DNA from: Klebsormidium nitens
Lineage: Eukaryota > Plantae > Klebsormidiophyceae
Reading direction: 5' to 3'
Assembly: GCA_000708835.1 (NCBI GenBank)
Contig: DF237422.1
Coordinates: 9,229 to 73,228 of the forward strand
DNA: 64,000 bases
The translations under genes were made by a program, and so were the position numbers. The notes beneath the pieces are model-generated. The model was not told the origin of the DNA. It ran no database searches and saw only the letters and a list, made by a program, of their open reading frames with translations. Every line of letters starts with the position of its first letter. The stretch's first letter is position 1. Shown here piece by piece: positions 14,001 through 27,600 of this stretch.

Positions 14001-17000
14001 TCGCGTTTCTGCAAATGCCCTTCGCTCGTTACTGCTCTTCTGTTCTTGTTTGTTGTCAACAAGGAGTATCACTGTTTTTCGTTTATTCGCGTACGTATCG
14101 TCGTATCGGAACTGCCGCGTTTCTGCAAACGCCCGTCGCTCCTTGCTACTTCCCTGTCTCTGTTCTTGTCGATGAGCAGTCTTCTTTATGCACTGAAGTA
14201 CGTCTCGTCATATCACAGTCGCCCGTTCGCTTTTTCTAGCCGGGCTCGTCACTCTCCCTCTGCCTTTGTTTTTAGTCGATAGGGAGTATCTCTTGTTTTC
14301 ATTTTCTCGAACGCCACGTCGTATTGGAAATGTCCGTTCGCTTTTCTGCGAACGCCGTTTGCTTGTCACGGCATTTGTGTCTTTGTTCTTGTCGATGATT
14401 AGTATTCTTTATGCCCGTACGTGTCGTCGTAACAAAGTCGCCCGTTCGCTTTTTCTGCCCGCGCTCGTTACTGATCTTCCGTCTTTGTCAATAGAAACCT
14501 TCTTTCGCTAGACTCGCGCTTGATTTTCAAGGCCTTGCTCTGATTCTGTGCTAGTCGGTCGAGGTCACCCCGCTAATTCCAAAAGCTTCCTGGTACATTC
14601 AGAACACAAATTGAGGGTCCACTGACTCAAAATGTAAAGGGTCTGTTGAGAGCCTTCGTCACGTAGTTCAGTGTGATCGAGCGCTGCGGGGTTTTGGAAG
14701 CAAGCCGACGTCATCTGTTCTGCGGTCTTCTATACAGCAGGCTCAATGCCGACGCTTTACCGCTGTCACGAACGATATGGAGTGGGGATCTAAGCATGCT
14801 AAAGTTCTGCGGCGTGTTAAAAGCGCTTGGGTGAAACGCCTGGGTAAAAGCTTTCCGACCCCTTTTGCGTCATCAAAGATCAAGCTGCGTCTCTCGAGCG
14901 CGATAGCCTTCGATTTGCAAGTGTTCTGACCCGAAGCAGCTGTTTGCAGAAAGGAAGAATTTTAACAAAAACAAAACAGCAAAACGAATTAACAATTAAA
15001 AGTCAGAATGGAAGGTGAAGAGGCAATCTGGGAGCAGAACGACGAGGAGTAGATGAAACTCAAGAAAAATAATATTTAGCCCAGATAATAATAAGGTAAC
15101 CGCACTTTGACGGGTAGGGTTAGTATGGTGGTTAGGGTGGGTACGGGTGCGGAGCGGGTGTTTCATTATAGGTCAGGGTTTTTATTGTTAGTTGGAGCTT
15201 ACTATTATCTTGGCTTACTATTATCTTTTTTGAGAGCTATGGGATGTAGAGGAACGAGACTGTTAGAAATCATCCGTGCAGGAGGCTGACGTGGCAGAGA
15301 CCCGTCACGATTTTCTGAGCATGCTGACGCAAGCCCGGGACAAGACCACGGGAGAGCCTCTCTCGGACGCGTCGATCCAGGCGATCGTGTACGAGTTCCT
15401 TGGCGCGGGCACGGACACGACAGCCAACACGTTGAGCTTCGCCGGTAAGCTATGGGTATGCTCATAAGCTATCATAAATTTCTGCAGTAGTACTGCTGCG
15501 CGTTTTTGAGTATCCAACGGAAGGAGTCAGTTGCTTTTCACTTTCTTTGGTGCGGGGACGGATACGACTGCCAACACAATCAGCTTCGCCGGTAAGCTAT
15601 GGGTATGCTCATAAGCTGTCATAAGTTCCTGCAATAGTACTGCTGCGCGTTTTTGAGTATCCAACGGAAGGAGTCAGTTGCTTTTCACTTTCTTTGGTGC
15701 GGGGACGGATACGACTGCCAACACGTTAAGCTTCGCCGGTAAGCTTTGGGTTGGCTCATAATCTATTAGAAGCCATTAAGTTCCTGTAATACTACTGCTG
15801 CGCGTTCTGAGTCTTCAACGGAAAGAGTCAGTTGGTTTTCACTTTCTTTGGTGCGGGGACGGATACGACTGCCAACTTGATCAGCTTCACCGGTAAAACA
15901 CGGGTGAATTTATGCAGAAGTACTGCTGCACATATTGTGGCTTTTGACCGAAACTTTCAGTTGGTCAATCTTGGATCTGTTGGCGCCGTGACGGTTACGA
16001 CGGCCAACGCGATTAGCTTTGCCGGTAAGCTATGGTTACGTTGTTAAGCTATTCATTAGATGCAACTGCGCCTCTCAGAGAACTGCTAGGGGGGCCTTGC
16101 TGGGATCTAGTCGCTCATGTATGAGGAATGCGACTGCTGACACAATCAGCGTCGCCGGTAATCGATAGGCAATGCTTGAAGCAAACGTTTTCTCGAGCAA
16201 AGTGATGAATCTTTCTTAGTTCTGGATTCTGCGGATAAAACAAATGATGGTCAATAAGGCCGATTTTATTAAGAGTCGCGCTCGACTTCTGACACCGTCA
16301 GCTGCGCGGATAAGCGATGGGTATTGCTCATAAGGTAATGATGGCTTGACCCGTTGATGGTGCTTCTCCTAGTCCGCTCTGTTTGGTTCTGTTTGGCGCA
16401 AAATAAACGAGGCGATAAAGATGACCCAACTCTGCAATCCTTCTGTCTGATCTGGCTATTTGGACTAAAATTTTCCGTCGACAAAAGTTTTCCATCCAAA
16501 TCTTCGAGCTATCTTAGGCCAAAGGCGGATATTTGTAACATTTTCCGGACTCCTCCGAAGTTTAAGTTGGCCGGAATAGGATCCTGAATGGCATAAGCCA
16601 CGAACTCGCTTTGATCCGGCCGGTCTCTGCAGTGTACTCGTTGACCAACAACCCGGCGGCCGAGGAAAAGATGCGCCGCGAGATCCGCGCCTTTTACGAG
16701 AAGCTCGAGAAAGAAGGAGTGAAGGACACGGCATTCCGCCCGACGTACGACGAGCTGGCCCAGTTTCCGTACGTCGAGCAGGTAAGGATCGGCGGAGGGT
16801 TGTTTTGTGCAACTTTGTTTACACAGGGTTTTGCCCGGGCGTGAAGACAGGGTGTTTGGTTGTTTTGGAGAGTGTTGCACCGTTCTTACGAGAGATGGAG
16901 AAGATACTAGATTGGTTTTGGTTGGCGCCCTCTTCTGTTATCGGCAGATTGAATGACGGATGGTTTGTATCTGCCCTCTTCTCTTGTTTGCAGATTGAAT

Positions 17001-18643
17001 GAAAGATTTGTGCATGGTGCCCTCTCCTCTTGTTAGTCGAGGGAAACGTAGAGAAGACTTTTTCCAGCAAAGCTCACGAGTAGTACTTATTGTCAGACAA
17101 GCACAACTTAGCGCGGGGTTGAAATTTCCGGATTTCGGGAGAGTACGAAAGGCAGTATTTATTACAACTATTGATACGTCGCGTTAGGACACAAGCCGCT
17201 ATTCTCGACAAGAATCACGACCACCCGTTCGTTTCTCTTGACAAGTCTCGCGGCTACGGCACTGTCTGTTTCGGCTGTCCGCACGAGATGTCAGTCCGCT
17301 TTTTCGCTTTTCCGCTTTTCCGCTGTCTTCGCTGTCTCATCTGGCGGAACAGTGGTCAGTCCAGTCATATGCTCTTGCTTTTGGTCCATGTGAAAGCTCC
17401 GAATTTTGAGGGCTTCTGCGGGGAAGATTTCAGGACGACTCTGGTCAGTCCGACTTCTAAGGCCTCGTGCGAGGGGAAAATCGAAGTGATTCTTGGTCGC
17501 TCTCCTCACAGGTGGTCCAAGAGACTCTGCGGCTCTACCCGACGGGAGCCGTTCTTTCGCGCCAGGCGTCCGAGGACTGCCAGGTGGCGGGCATCCACCT
17601 GCCCAAGGGCGTCAATGTACGGTGCCGATGAACCCTGCCAAAAAATATCCATTGCATTGGCATACGCGTTGTTTTCATCGGTGGTTGAAATCATTTTGCT
17701 TCCGCATGCTTGAGGAGACTGCACCCTTCTCCTTCAAATGAATGTTTCTTACCGCAGCTCTTGTCTTGGTTCAGTCCGGAGGGGTTCAACTTGAAGTGGT
17801 CTTTAGATCTCAGGTCTGGTCACTAGGTTCGACTGCGGGTTCTCAACTTTTAGTCGACTTCCATGGACGAACCCGCTGGACCCCTAACTTTTGGTTCTGC
17901 TCCGCAGCTCTCACCAGTCTCTGCAGTTCACGTTGAACAGAGTAGCGTCGGAATTTGACGACCGTTAAGTATGCCGACGTTGGATACATCTGACGTCAGA
18001 ACAGCATTTCTAACATGACTCTCGCGGCACCTTCCATTTTGAAAAGGTCGTCCAAGTCCTTCTCCTTGAAGCTCCGATTCCGTTCCACAGGTATTGATTC
18101 CGGTCTACGCCATGCACCACAACCCGGAAGTCTTTCCCGACCCAGAAGAGTTCCGCCCGGAACGGTTCGATCCGGCGGAAGTTGCTGGAAGGCATCCGTA
18201 CGCTTACATCCCGTTCGGGTAAGTACTATCTCAATCGCAAGTGCACCAGACATTTGATGCTTTGCCAGAGCCCTCGCGCAGTTCCGCGCTTCCTCGTTGC
18301 CTTGCCAACTGGGAATGCTCCCATTTGTTAAGAGCCGGTGTCATTCTCTCCGGTTCTTTGAAGTTTATTGAGGGAAAAGAGCCTTTGCCCCTTTCATCTT
18401 GAAATATGATCCTCAAACCCACCGCTTATCTCCATGTCTTACAGGCTTGGCCCACGGATGTGTCTGGGACACCGCTTTGCGATGGAAGAAGCAAAGCTCG
18501 CGCTCATTCGGCTTTACAAGACACTCACCTTTTCGGTGGTCAACGAGAAGATTCTGCGGCCTGACGGAAAGCTAGATCTTCAAGTGGGAATTGTGCTGAA
18601 GCCAAGGAACGGCATGTGGGTCGTGCCGCAAGTACAGCGTTAG
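11007..18643 (+). CDS. Cytochrome P450 paralogue A (CYP711-clan-like), 9 exons, apparently intact
   Basis: Exons ~11007-11324 (TM anchor, PGPPSYP hinge), 12295-12386, ~12592-12813, ~13571-13797, 15282-15444 (I-helix [13 protein letters not shown]), ~16632-16781, ~17511-17617 (ETLR), ~18091-18217 ([13 protein letters not shown]), ~18445-18643 (heme motif [10 protein letters not shown] across the junction). Clan is inferred from the [20 protein letters not shown] and HPYAxIPFG motifs. Confidence 0.93.
13850..14500 (+). repeat. Intronic minisatellite, ~110-120 bp unit, ~6 decaying copies
   Basis: The unit start gtacgt(a/g)tcgtcgtatc(a/g)gaactgcc recurs near 13853, 13972, 14091, 14198, 14312 and 14417. 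Confidence 0.85.
15063..15230 (-). mobile_element. MITE-like family 1, copy 2 (P450-A intron 4)
   Basis: Reverse complement of the shared core at 15111-15190, flanked by inverted 16-bp-period repeats (agataata... on the left, gcttactattatcttg x2 on the right). Confidence 0.65.
15530..16165 (+). repeat. Exon-echo array of P450-A exon 5 3' end ([13 protein letters not shown]|gtaagc), ~5 copies
   Basis: ggtgcggggacggatacgactgccaac...cgccggtaagct recurs near 15550, 15697, 15850, 15985 and 16140 with decay increasing downstream. Confidence 0.88.
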
Positions 18644-19399
18644 TGAAGTTGTCAACCCTGAGTTCGCGCCGTGATGATCTTAGTAATCTAGTAGCGTGTA
18701 AAGTTGCATGCGATTCGTACCGGAAGCCGGTTCTGGTGCCGTTGCATGTTTTCTACAAAGATAGACGTTCGAGTGGCTCGCAATTTGTACCATCCAAATA
18801 AGGTCATTGAAGTAGTAGACAAATCGGACGTATCACTGTATATCTTGAGACCGGAAGAGAGTGTGACAGGGGGGCCGGATCAGTCGGATGATGTGTTTGA
18901 ATTTTTTTGCTGCAGTGGTAGCTTGGTCTCGCCGGCGGCACCATCCCACGATCAGGGACTTTAGCAGATCAAGTCTGCTGAAAGCCTCAATGTTTGCAAG
19001 AGTTGCCTTGTGAAAGGCACCGGTGAGGCACCGGCCGTACGTACCCAGTTAACAAACATATGGTTGATATATTGGAATGTTTGGAGCTATACCATCACAA
19101 TATCGTCGCGCCGAGTGCAGAAAACCCAAGTCATTGACGAAGTTGAACGCGATGTATTTGTGCAACAATATTCGATGTTCTCTGATCATTGCATGAAGTT
19201 GAACGCCAGTGAAAATACTTACCAAGCGGCTGCCGCCGCGATACATACATAGGACTTTAAACTAGGATCGACTTTAAACGGTATATGTTGATATGTTAGC
19301 AGCTCTAGAAGCGGATCGAATATTCCAACAACAAGTGACCTCCGCGTGAGAATTGTCACTGCGTAAGTCGCATGGATAAAAGTGGACGGTCGCTCTGGA

Positions 19400-20220
19400 G
19401 CTTAGCGTTGCACGAGCATGCCGAAAAAGTGGTTGATCGTTTTCGCGCGCACAAGGAGAAACCGCCGTTCAGCGTCAGCATGTCCAAAATCATAAACAGA
19501 GTACAGTGGCAACTTATAAGGCTGCATCCATCTATTTTTGGAAGATCGTACGCGTTTTCGAGGCGGACATTATTACATTTTGCCTGCACCTTTTTGATGG
19601 GTTCCTTGACATATACGTTTACCTCTCTTGTAAACTTCGTGTGAATGGGACCTACCGGTTCGATCGTACGTGCAGGTCTCCGGTTTGGGGCGCTGTTGCT
19701 CGTGGCAAAAAAGCTCAAGAGCTTGCCTCGATACACGCAAGGGTGGCAGAATTTTCTCAGGAGTTCACAAGCGCAGAGAGTCGAGAATCGTCCGATCGAA
19801 CATCCAGCAAAAAATAGTAAACACTGATTAGGAGATACAACTAGAGCGACGAACAATTCGCATACCTGGTAAGGCTCCAGGCGGAGCAGCCGGTCGGCGC
19901 CCATGGAGGGGCAATGAAGGTGCCGGTAGTCCGACTAAACTCTCGGCATGTGACCTAAGAGGCATGTGACCTAAGATACGCACCCGGGGGTCGGGTGGGT
20001 TAGTTAGGTGGTTAGGGTGGGTTGGGGTGCCGGAGCGGGTGATTAATTTGGTTAGGTATCTAGTTTGAAGTGCCCGGATAACTCAAATCTTTTACCGGTA
20101 TGGTGCCCGTATGGTGTGGATCCAATAAATTTGCCATTTGTAAATTTGCCATCCCCATTTTCGTCCTCGTCCCCGACTTCCTTCCGTCCCAGACTCGATT
20201 GAACCCTACTACGCACTGCA
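19400..20220 (-). pseudogene. Decayed duplicate of TTLL exons 2-3
   Basis: 19404-19450 matches TTLL exon 3 (cgagcatgccgaaaaagtggttgatc, KINHFFGML-like). 19862-19900 matches the exon 2 end (ADRLLRLEPYQ plus donor) and 20160-20192 the exon 2 start (GRKEVGDEDE). Exon 2 is split by a ~240-bp insertion; exon 1 and exons after exon 3 were not seen. Confidence 0.85.
19937..20100 (-). mobile_element. MITE-like family 1, copy 3 (inside the TTLL pseudo-exon)
   Basis: Reverse complement of the shared core at 19985-20055, with a ggcatgtgacctaaga x2 arm. The other arm is largely deleted. Confidence 0.7.
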
Positions 20221-21645
20221 AAACACAAACGTACGCATCCAGACTGAATTCGATGCAAGCAAAATGGTCTTACAAGGATATTTACAGCTAGTCTCAATAA
20301 TAGTAGGCTAATAGGCTGACCGGACTTTACCAGTTGGTTTCCTGGATTGGAAGTCGACCGCGCAACCGAGATTTGGGAGGAGCATGTTTGCTCGTCCGCA
20401 TGCCAGCTCTGTTTAAATGGTAGATTGCTGCGGCGGCAGTACCAGCTGGAAGCTGTAAGTCTAGACGTCCAGGTTTACACACGAAGAGAGTCCTTCCTGA
20501 CGCCTACGTCGCTCACTACAAAGCAGACTTTGCCTTTTCTCTTGCCTTATTCTGTTGGCCGTAATTGTGAAACGAAGGTCGAGCTCTAAACAAATTCGAT
20601 CCTTAGAATTAGCTGTCTTGGTTGGAGCAGGGTCAAGGGTGAGAGGCCGCGGGGCGCGGGGGGAATGAGGGGGTTAGCTGCTGAGGCTGCATCAGGGCAA
20701 ATGGTAGTTCAATAGCAGAGCAGCAGAGACTCCTCGCCTTTGCTTACCACTTTCGTGTTTCAGATCTCAATTCCCACCCACTTCCAGCTGCAGCTGGGTT
20801 CCAGCTGCACTTCCCACCTCTATATATCCTAGCCTCATACAGAGGTACCACTGGTACCACTTTTGCACTTTCCTCAGTCTCTGGTACACTGAGCCGGACA
20901 GGCACCTGAGCAAAACAGAGTAAGTACAATAGACTGACTGGAACGGAGCAATTGAGTAGCCTTGTGCATGTCTCAGATATTATGGCTGGTAAGAGCCGAG
21001 TTCCTCCAAATAATCATATTTAATGCGGGCTTCAAGTTGAAACTCAGTGTGTGGTATAATCGTATAAGCTTTGGAAATGTATAATCCCCCCTATTCTTGA
21101 TTCTAGACAGTCAAGACTGCATTATGCAGCCTTGTAGACCAGCTGTATACGCATCCGTCGAGAGAACCATGTTAAAAGTATTTCGAGGCCCGCATTAGAT
21201 CTGCGGAAGATTGATGCAATGAATGCAAAAAACGCCAGAATGCAAAAGCGAGTCCAGCCGGCCTAAGTTAGGCTATAGCCTGCTGACTGGAAAGTTTCAA
21301 ACCGCCGCCTGATTGATCAGCCTTCCCACGGTCCAGTGAACTTCGCGCGACAATTGTCAATCTTTCTGCGTCAGCGACGGCTGAAGTTGCATAACTGATT
21401 CGAAATCGACGGCAAAATATGCCCGAGCTTGCACAACGTACATATGCAAGTTTCATAATCACAGCAAGAGGCAAGCCAAGAAATGCGCACGGGTGCATTA
21501 TGCAACCACGAGAAGCCTCTCCGGCTCCTGAGTCCTTTGTTGCCTTCTGCAGAGGAGCTTGCATTGAATCATGATTTAGACAGAGCTCGCCCGCACAAGA
21601 GAGGGCCAAAGACGGACTCTCTGACTCTCGCAAAGGACATTCGCC

Positions 21646-24600
21646 ATGGAGCTTCTGCAGCAGTACCTGGAAGCATCGCACCACTTTGTCTCAGCCCAAA
21701 GCGTGACTGTTCTGATCGGGCTTTTAACAATTCTGCTCTTCTCCGTCCGCATATTTGTTCCTACAAAGGCGGCCCGCGCGCTCCGCAAGGTTCCTGGGCC
21801 GCCTTCTTATCCTATTGTAGGAAACCTGGTTGAGCTCTTCAGCAAAGGGTATCATGAATGCCACAAGGAATGGTTGAGGACTTATGGCTCAATGTATAAG
21901 TATGTGATGGGGGACACGTTGCTGGTTGTGTCAGACCCTGATATTGTGCAGCAGGTGAGCACCGTCCTAAGGTCTCAATTTTGTTAGCGTCCGCGCCCGA
22001 GCTGCCTGTATGCTTTCATTATAATGCTGTCGTTGCGGGTCAAGATGAGGACTTGAGGCGACTACCCTTATTGCAAGATGATGGTTGGAAAAGAGATTTT
22101 GCAGAAAGGACAATGCAAAGCTTGCACAATTCTCAGGATAATGTCCTGTAGAACTGTACATGGCACTGGGGCTTTGGCAGGACAATTGTAGTGTGGCCTG
22201 ATGATCTCGTAAAACATTGGGTGGTACAATTTGCGGGTGAAACATTTCATGTGAGTCACCAGCTCCCCATTTATTGTCAGCTCTCAATCAAATTTCCAAG
22301 CAAGCAACAGCAGCCCTTCTGAGTACCTTGGCATGGTTGGGCTTCTCCAGAGAATAATCAGCGGGTATCATAGTTTTGCGCCATGGCTGGGGTATCGCAA
22401 GACGCGTTTCACCATCTTGCACTTTCGCACGATGTATTCAACATGTGTCTCAGTTTTGCAGAAGCTGGGTTTGCGTCAGGCAGTCCCACGCCCCTTTTCT
22501 TTTTTGTTGTCGTTATGTATCACAGCAGCACCAATGGCTCAGTTCTGTTTGAACAGCTTGTTTCCTGAATATCTCTTGAAAGGGGCAGTCTGGCCCAACC
22601 GAAAGTACGGCCCAATGCTGCCTTGGCGTGGGAGTTTCTCTGAGATCATTATTTCATGCAAGCACTTCCTTCGATCAATGACAACTTGCACCGCACAGAT
22701 AGTGCCTGAATAAAGACTTGTGGACCAAACGCTGCTGTTCGCGAGTCTGTGAAAAGCGCATGAAGCCGTCACTCAGTCTTGGTCCAGAACCATGTTTCAT
22801 GCAAGGCAAACTTCAATCCTAGAATCAGACACAAGCCCAGCATTGTGGTGTCTCAAAGAACCGACCTTATAACCACACATGAACTCCTGACATTCTTCAT
22901 ATACCCGGGAGGAAAGCCCATACTATCCTCTCACAAGAAAAGAGAGGCTCGGTTGAAACCCGACTGTCAATAAGAAATGTTCCCCCGCGGTAGAGATGAT
23001 GAAACTCAACTGCGGTTTAGGCTAAACCAAGCGCTTCGATTTCCCTTCACAGGTGGGGGTGCGGATGTTCAAGACGTTCCACGACCGGCCGATGCCAGGT
23101 TTTGTGGATGAGGAGCGTGCCGGGAAGGCGCTCGTCTTTAGCAAGTGAGAATCTTGCCCTTCTTTCCATTCTGCGATGCTCGTAGTTGAGATTCCTTCTG
23201 AAATAGAGCGTGTCTGCAGATGCTTCTCTCCACCACAGACATAGGTAGAAGCTTTTGCGATTCGGCCGCACCATGCATCTTCGGTTGTCCCACACTCACG
23301 CCGTATGTTGTTAAAGAAACCCTTATTTCTGAAAACCCAGGCTATCAAATCTGTCTTCCTTCTGCAAGGGCCAGTACAAAACGGGGCGTCTGCAAAGCAG
23401 TTGTGCTCCCCCTTCTTCATTCAGAAAGCTCAAACACTTTTAGCCTTATCAGGCACGCATGCTTGCCAGAATCAAAACGATGGAGCGTCACAATTCCAGT
23501 CGCCATATTGAGTTCAAACCACCTCCATATCCCATGTACCGAGGCCATACAGCATGGGCCTGCGCAACGCTGATCTCCCCATTTCCAGCACTTTGGCGGC
23601 ACCGAGGCATGCACTGCTCTTCCAAACTCGAAACGCTTGAAGCATCCAAATCAGAACCCCGAACCAAGCCAATCCATCTCCATGTCGGAATCTACAAAGC
23701 GCAGTACTGGACTGCCGTGCGGAATCGCTGTGCTCCCCCTTTTCCACACAACAAAACTCCAGCATTTGAGCCGTTCCAAATTACGCCCTACAGCAAAACA
23801 ACCCAATGCTTTTGAAACCCAGAATATAACATCTTTCTTCCGTCTACAGGTGCCAGTACTAGACTGGCGTGCGCACGGCGGCGTATCTTTTTCACACCGT
23901 AAAATCCAACATTTCGATGTTCATCAGCCATGCATGCCCCCCCAAATTAAATCGCCCCGAGCCAACCTATCTTTATTTCCCATCTACAGGGGGCCGATAC
24001 TGGACGGGCGTGCGCAATTCAGTGCTCCCCCTTTTGCACTCCGCGAAACTCCGGCACTTTGGCTGATGTCCTTGGTTCTCAATCTTTATACCACATAGTA
24101 TCATAACCGCATTTTGCCAAAGCCAAAACCATCATCCTATGTCCCACGCTTGCAGGGGCCAATACTGGACGGGCGTGCGCAACGCAGTGCTCCCCCTTTT
24201 TCACACCGCAAAGCTGCAGCACTTTGGCCGTACCATGCACGAATGCGCGGAGCAATTGGTGGCGCGACTCGAGAAAGCGGCTGCAAACGAGGAGCAAGTC
24301 AACTTGCTGGAGTGGGCGGGGGCGATGACCATGGACGTGTTGGGGTCTTCTGCCTTTGGGGTTACTTTCAACAGTCAGGTGAACACAGTCATTTGCACTG
24401 ATTCTTGAGAGCTTCTACAACGCTTTCGGGAAAGCAGCTGAAAACAAGGAGCTGATCAACATGCTGGAATGGGACTATGGACGTGTTGGGGTCTTCCGCC
24501 TTTGGGGTTACTTTCAACAGTCAGGTAGGTAATGGCCTGGGAATTTCCATCAGAGATCGGTGATCTTCTTTAAAGTTTTTGTCCTTGAATTTTGGGCTTC

Positions 24601-27600
24601 AAGAAAGCGGCTTCAATATGGAGCAGATCAACTTGCTGGACAGGGGAGATGACCATGGATCCGTGTCGGGTTTTCTTGCGGGTTTCGAGTCGCTTCCAAC
24701 TTTGTGGTGAGACTCTGGGATGTTCGCTTGGAGAGTCCATTTTGCGTCAGTGATTCGTCTCTCTTCTACACAACCGCGCCTCGAAAAGTCAATTGTAAGA
24801 GGAGAACAAGTCATGTAGAGTGGTCGGATAAATGCTCATGGACGTCTTGGGAATGCTTGCCTTCGGCATCAATCCCAGGTTCGATCGGCGTTGCAAAAAA
24901 CCGGAGTAAGAGGCGGCTTTTGATGTTACACTTCTTTCAGATTTCCTTGTTCATGCCAGGTACGACTTCTCGTGCTCAATCGTCTTCTCTACTGAGCTCC
25001 TCTCATTATTCCAGGTTCACCGAAAGACGGAAGGCCAAACCTGACGAAGTTCCTGAACCTAGTCTAAAAAAGCATGCCAAGTCGCGCTTGAGCTCTTTGT
25101 TCTCGTCACTGGTTGAATAAAATGTTCCGGATGAATTTGCTGTTAATTCAAGCGGCTTTTCAAAATTTCCAGTCACCTCAAGGTGGGCGAAGAGACGAAG
25201 GGCCCCAACCTTAAGCAATTGACTCGAGCAGCATCGCAGTTTCTGGATCGCTCAATCTTTCCAAATCCACTTCAGAACCTTGAATCCGAATACATACGCG
25301 CGGTTCTGATTCCCGGAGTTGCTAAGCCCCATCGTGTGCCATTCCATCTAGTAGGTCTTTTCTTTCCTCAGGTAAGAGAGGTTCCAGCCTAGCCGCGATA
25401 GCGTTCTCTTCTTTGCGGTCTTGGTTCCTTAGATGGAAGATCAGGAAGAAAAGCAAGACCCATATGCACGGTCTGAATGACATTCAATTCCCGGTTATGT
25501 CATCCGAAGATCAAACGCCCATCATGTCCTCTTCTAAGGCAGCCTAGGCACAATCACCCGCACTGAAACGTCCTTCGCTCCTCTTTGCGCAGGTCGGCGA
25601 AAAGACCGACGGCCTTACCCTGACAAAAGCCGTGAGCGAAAACCTCAACAACATCGCGAAATTGCGCATCAGTACTCTCCTGGCGATCCTCTTCCCTCCC
25701 CTCCGGAAGCCCGCGCAATGGATGATGTTACGGATCCCTGGGTCGGCCGATTACGTCCATAGGCAACGGACCGCGTATATACTGCGGGAGAGCCAGAAGA
25801 TCATCGAGGCGCGACGGAAAGTGAGAGAGTGTGTTCGGACTTTCGTCTTTGCATTCTGGTCATCTCATACGTCGATGTATGGCTTGGAGAATCTGCTTGG
25901 TTTCTATTGCTTCTTGGGAAGGCGGCTACTCTTAAGGCATCTCAGCAATCTGGATCTTTGGAACGTGGGGAACATATCTGGAGCGCACGAGATGAGAATC
26001 TATTCAAATCCTGTTACCTGTAACACGTTCAGATGTCCCTTGTTTTCCGCCAAGCTCTTAACCCGGAATTTGGTTAACGTTCCCGTGCAAGACGCAGACA
26101 CGTGGCGCCCCGTTGAGCATCCAAAGCAAATGTATCACTCCTGCGTACAGCCGAAAACTGTGACCCAGCCCCAGATCGGAAACATTGGCAGAGCTTGCTG
26201 ACGTGGCGGTTCCACAATCAATTGATGGCGCCCCGGGGTGGAAACGCGGACAGCAATTTTAACAAGAACTTTACACAGCCGACTCTCATCTTAGTAACGT
26301 CAGAAACTCGCAGTCGGGACATTTTAAAAAGAAACACGTTCTTGTAGGCAAGCGGACGTTCTTTGTGCGGCGAAACTTCTGAGCGCGCACGGCAACCGAC
26401 TCGCGTTTACCAGACTCCAGAGGCGCAACAGTGTGAACAGACCCTCAGACCAGGGTGTAAATAGGCCCCCTGTTTGAGGAAAAACGAGCCGTCAAGCCCA
26501 AGCCTCGAAGCACGTGTCTCGCTTCGTGACGTGCTGACGTCGTACTGCGTGCACGGGACGCCGTCACGAAGGCAGATGCATAAACTCGGTTACTCTACTT
26601 TAGGTTGCTGACGTCTCCTGTGCAGGAGGCTGACGTGGCGGCTTCTGAGGTTGCTGACGTGTCCCGTGCAGGAGGCTGACGTGGCAGAGACCCGGCACGA
26701 CTTCCTGAGCATGCTGACGCAAGCCCGGAACAAGACGACAGGGGAGCCGCTTTCGGACAAGGCGATCCTTGCGCTCGTGTTTGAATTCCTCAGCGCGGGG
26801 ACGGATACGACCGCAAATACGCTCAGTTTCGCCGGTGAGCCAATAGCCTATGAACTTTGCTGATAGCTTATTCGTTACTTCCGGTGAATAGACGGTTCGT
26901 ATCTAGGAGCGCTACTATGATTTGCACGTGGAAGAAAACGAGTTCCTCGGCGTGGGGACCGGATACGACCCCAAACACTTTCAGTTTCGACAATAAGCTA
27001 TAGCATACGAGATATTGTTGATACTTAATCTCTTACTTCCGATGACTAGACGCCTCAGATCCAGGAGCGCTATTTTCATTCTTATCTTTCTAAGGGGAAA
27101 CACTTGCGCTCGTGTACGAGTTCCTCGGCGCGGTAAGCTATCGCTTATGGGGTTTGCTGATCGCTTATCTCTTCCCCGCTCGTGTACCAGTCGTCGGCGC
27201 TGAGACTGATATGACCGCAAGCACAGTCAGCTTGCTGGTAAGCAATGGGGTTTGCTGATAGCTTGTTGCCGAATTTCCTTGAGTCGATGGTCCGACTGAA
27301 GAACTGCTCTCTGGTTTATGAAGTTTTTGAAGGAAGAGAGTGTGAGCGTTTCTTTACGAGTCCCTTGGCGCCAAAACGGACACAAATTCACACACAATCA
27401 GCTCCACCGGTAAGCTATCGCCTTCGCCCTAAGCTTTTTCGGATATGCGATTGTTCCTGCTATTTATTTCAGGAAAATGCAGCCGGAGCGTCACACAAGT
27501 TAGTGATAGTTGAAACGCTCTAGGCGCAAGAACGGGTACAGTCGCAAACCGCAACGCAACCAGCATCACCGAAAGATGGAACCGAGTGCCGATTTTTGAG

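Noticed and set aside
15530-16165. Regularly spaced direct repeats resembling a CRISPR array
   Set aside because: The units are copies of the adjacent P450 exon end plus intron, the intervening DNA is also repeated rather than unique, there are no cas genes, and the context is eukaryotic.
20744-20929. Possible small exon or ORF upstream of P450-B
   Set aside because: It has an acceptor-like site but no partner exons and no recognisable domain.
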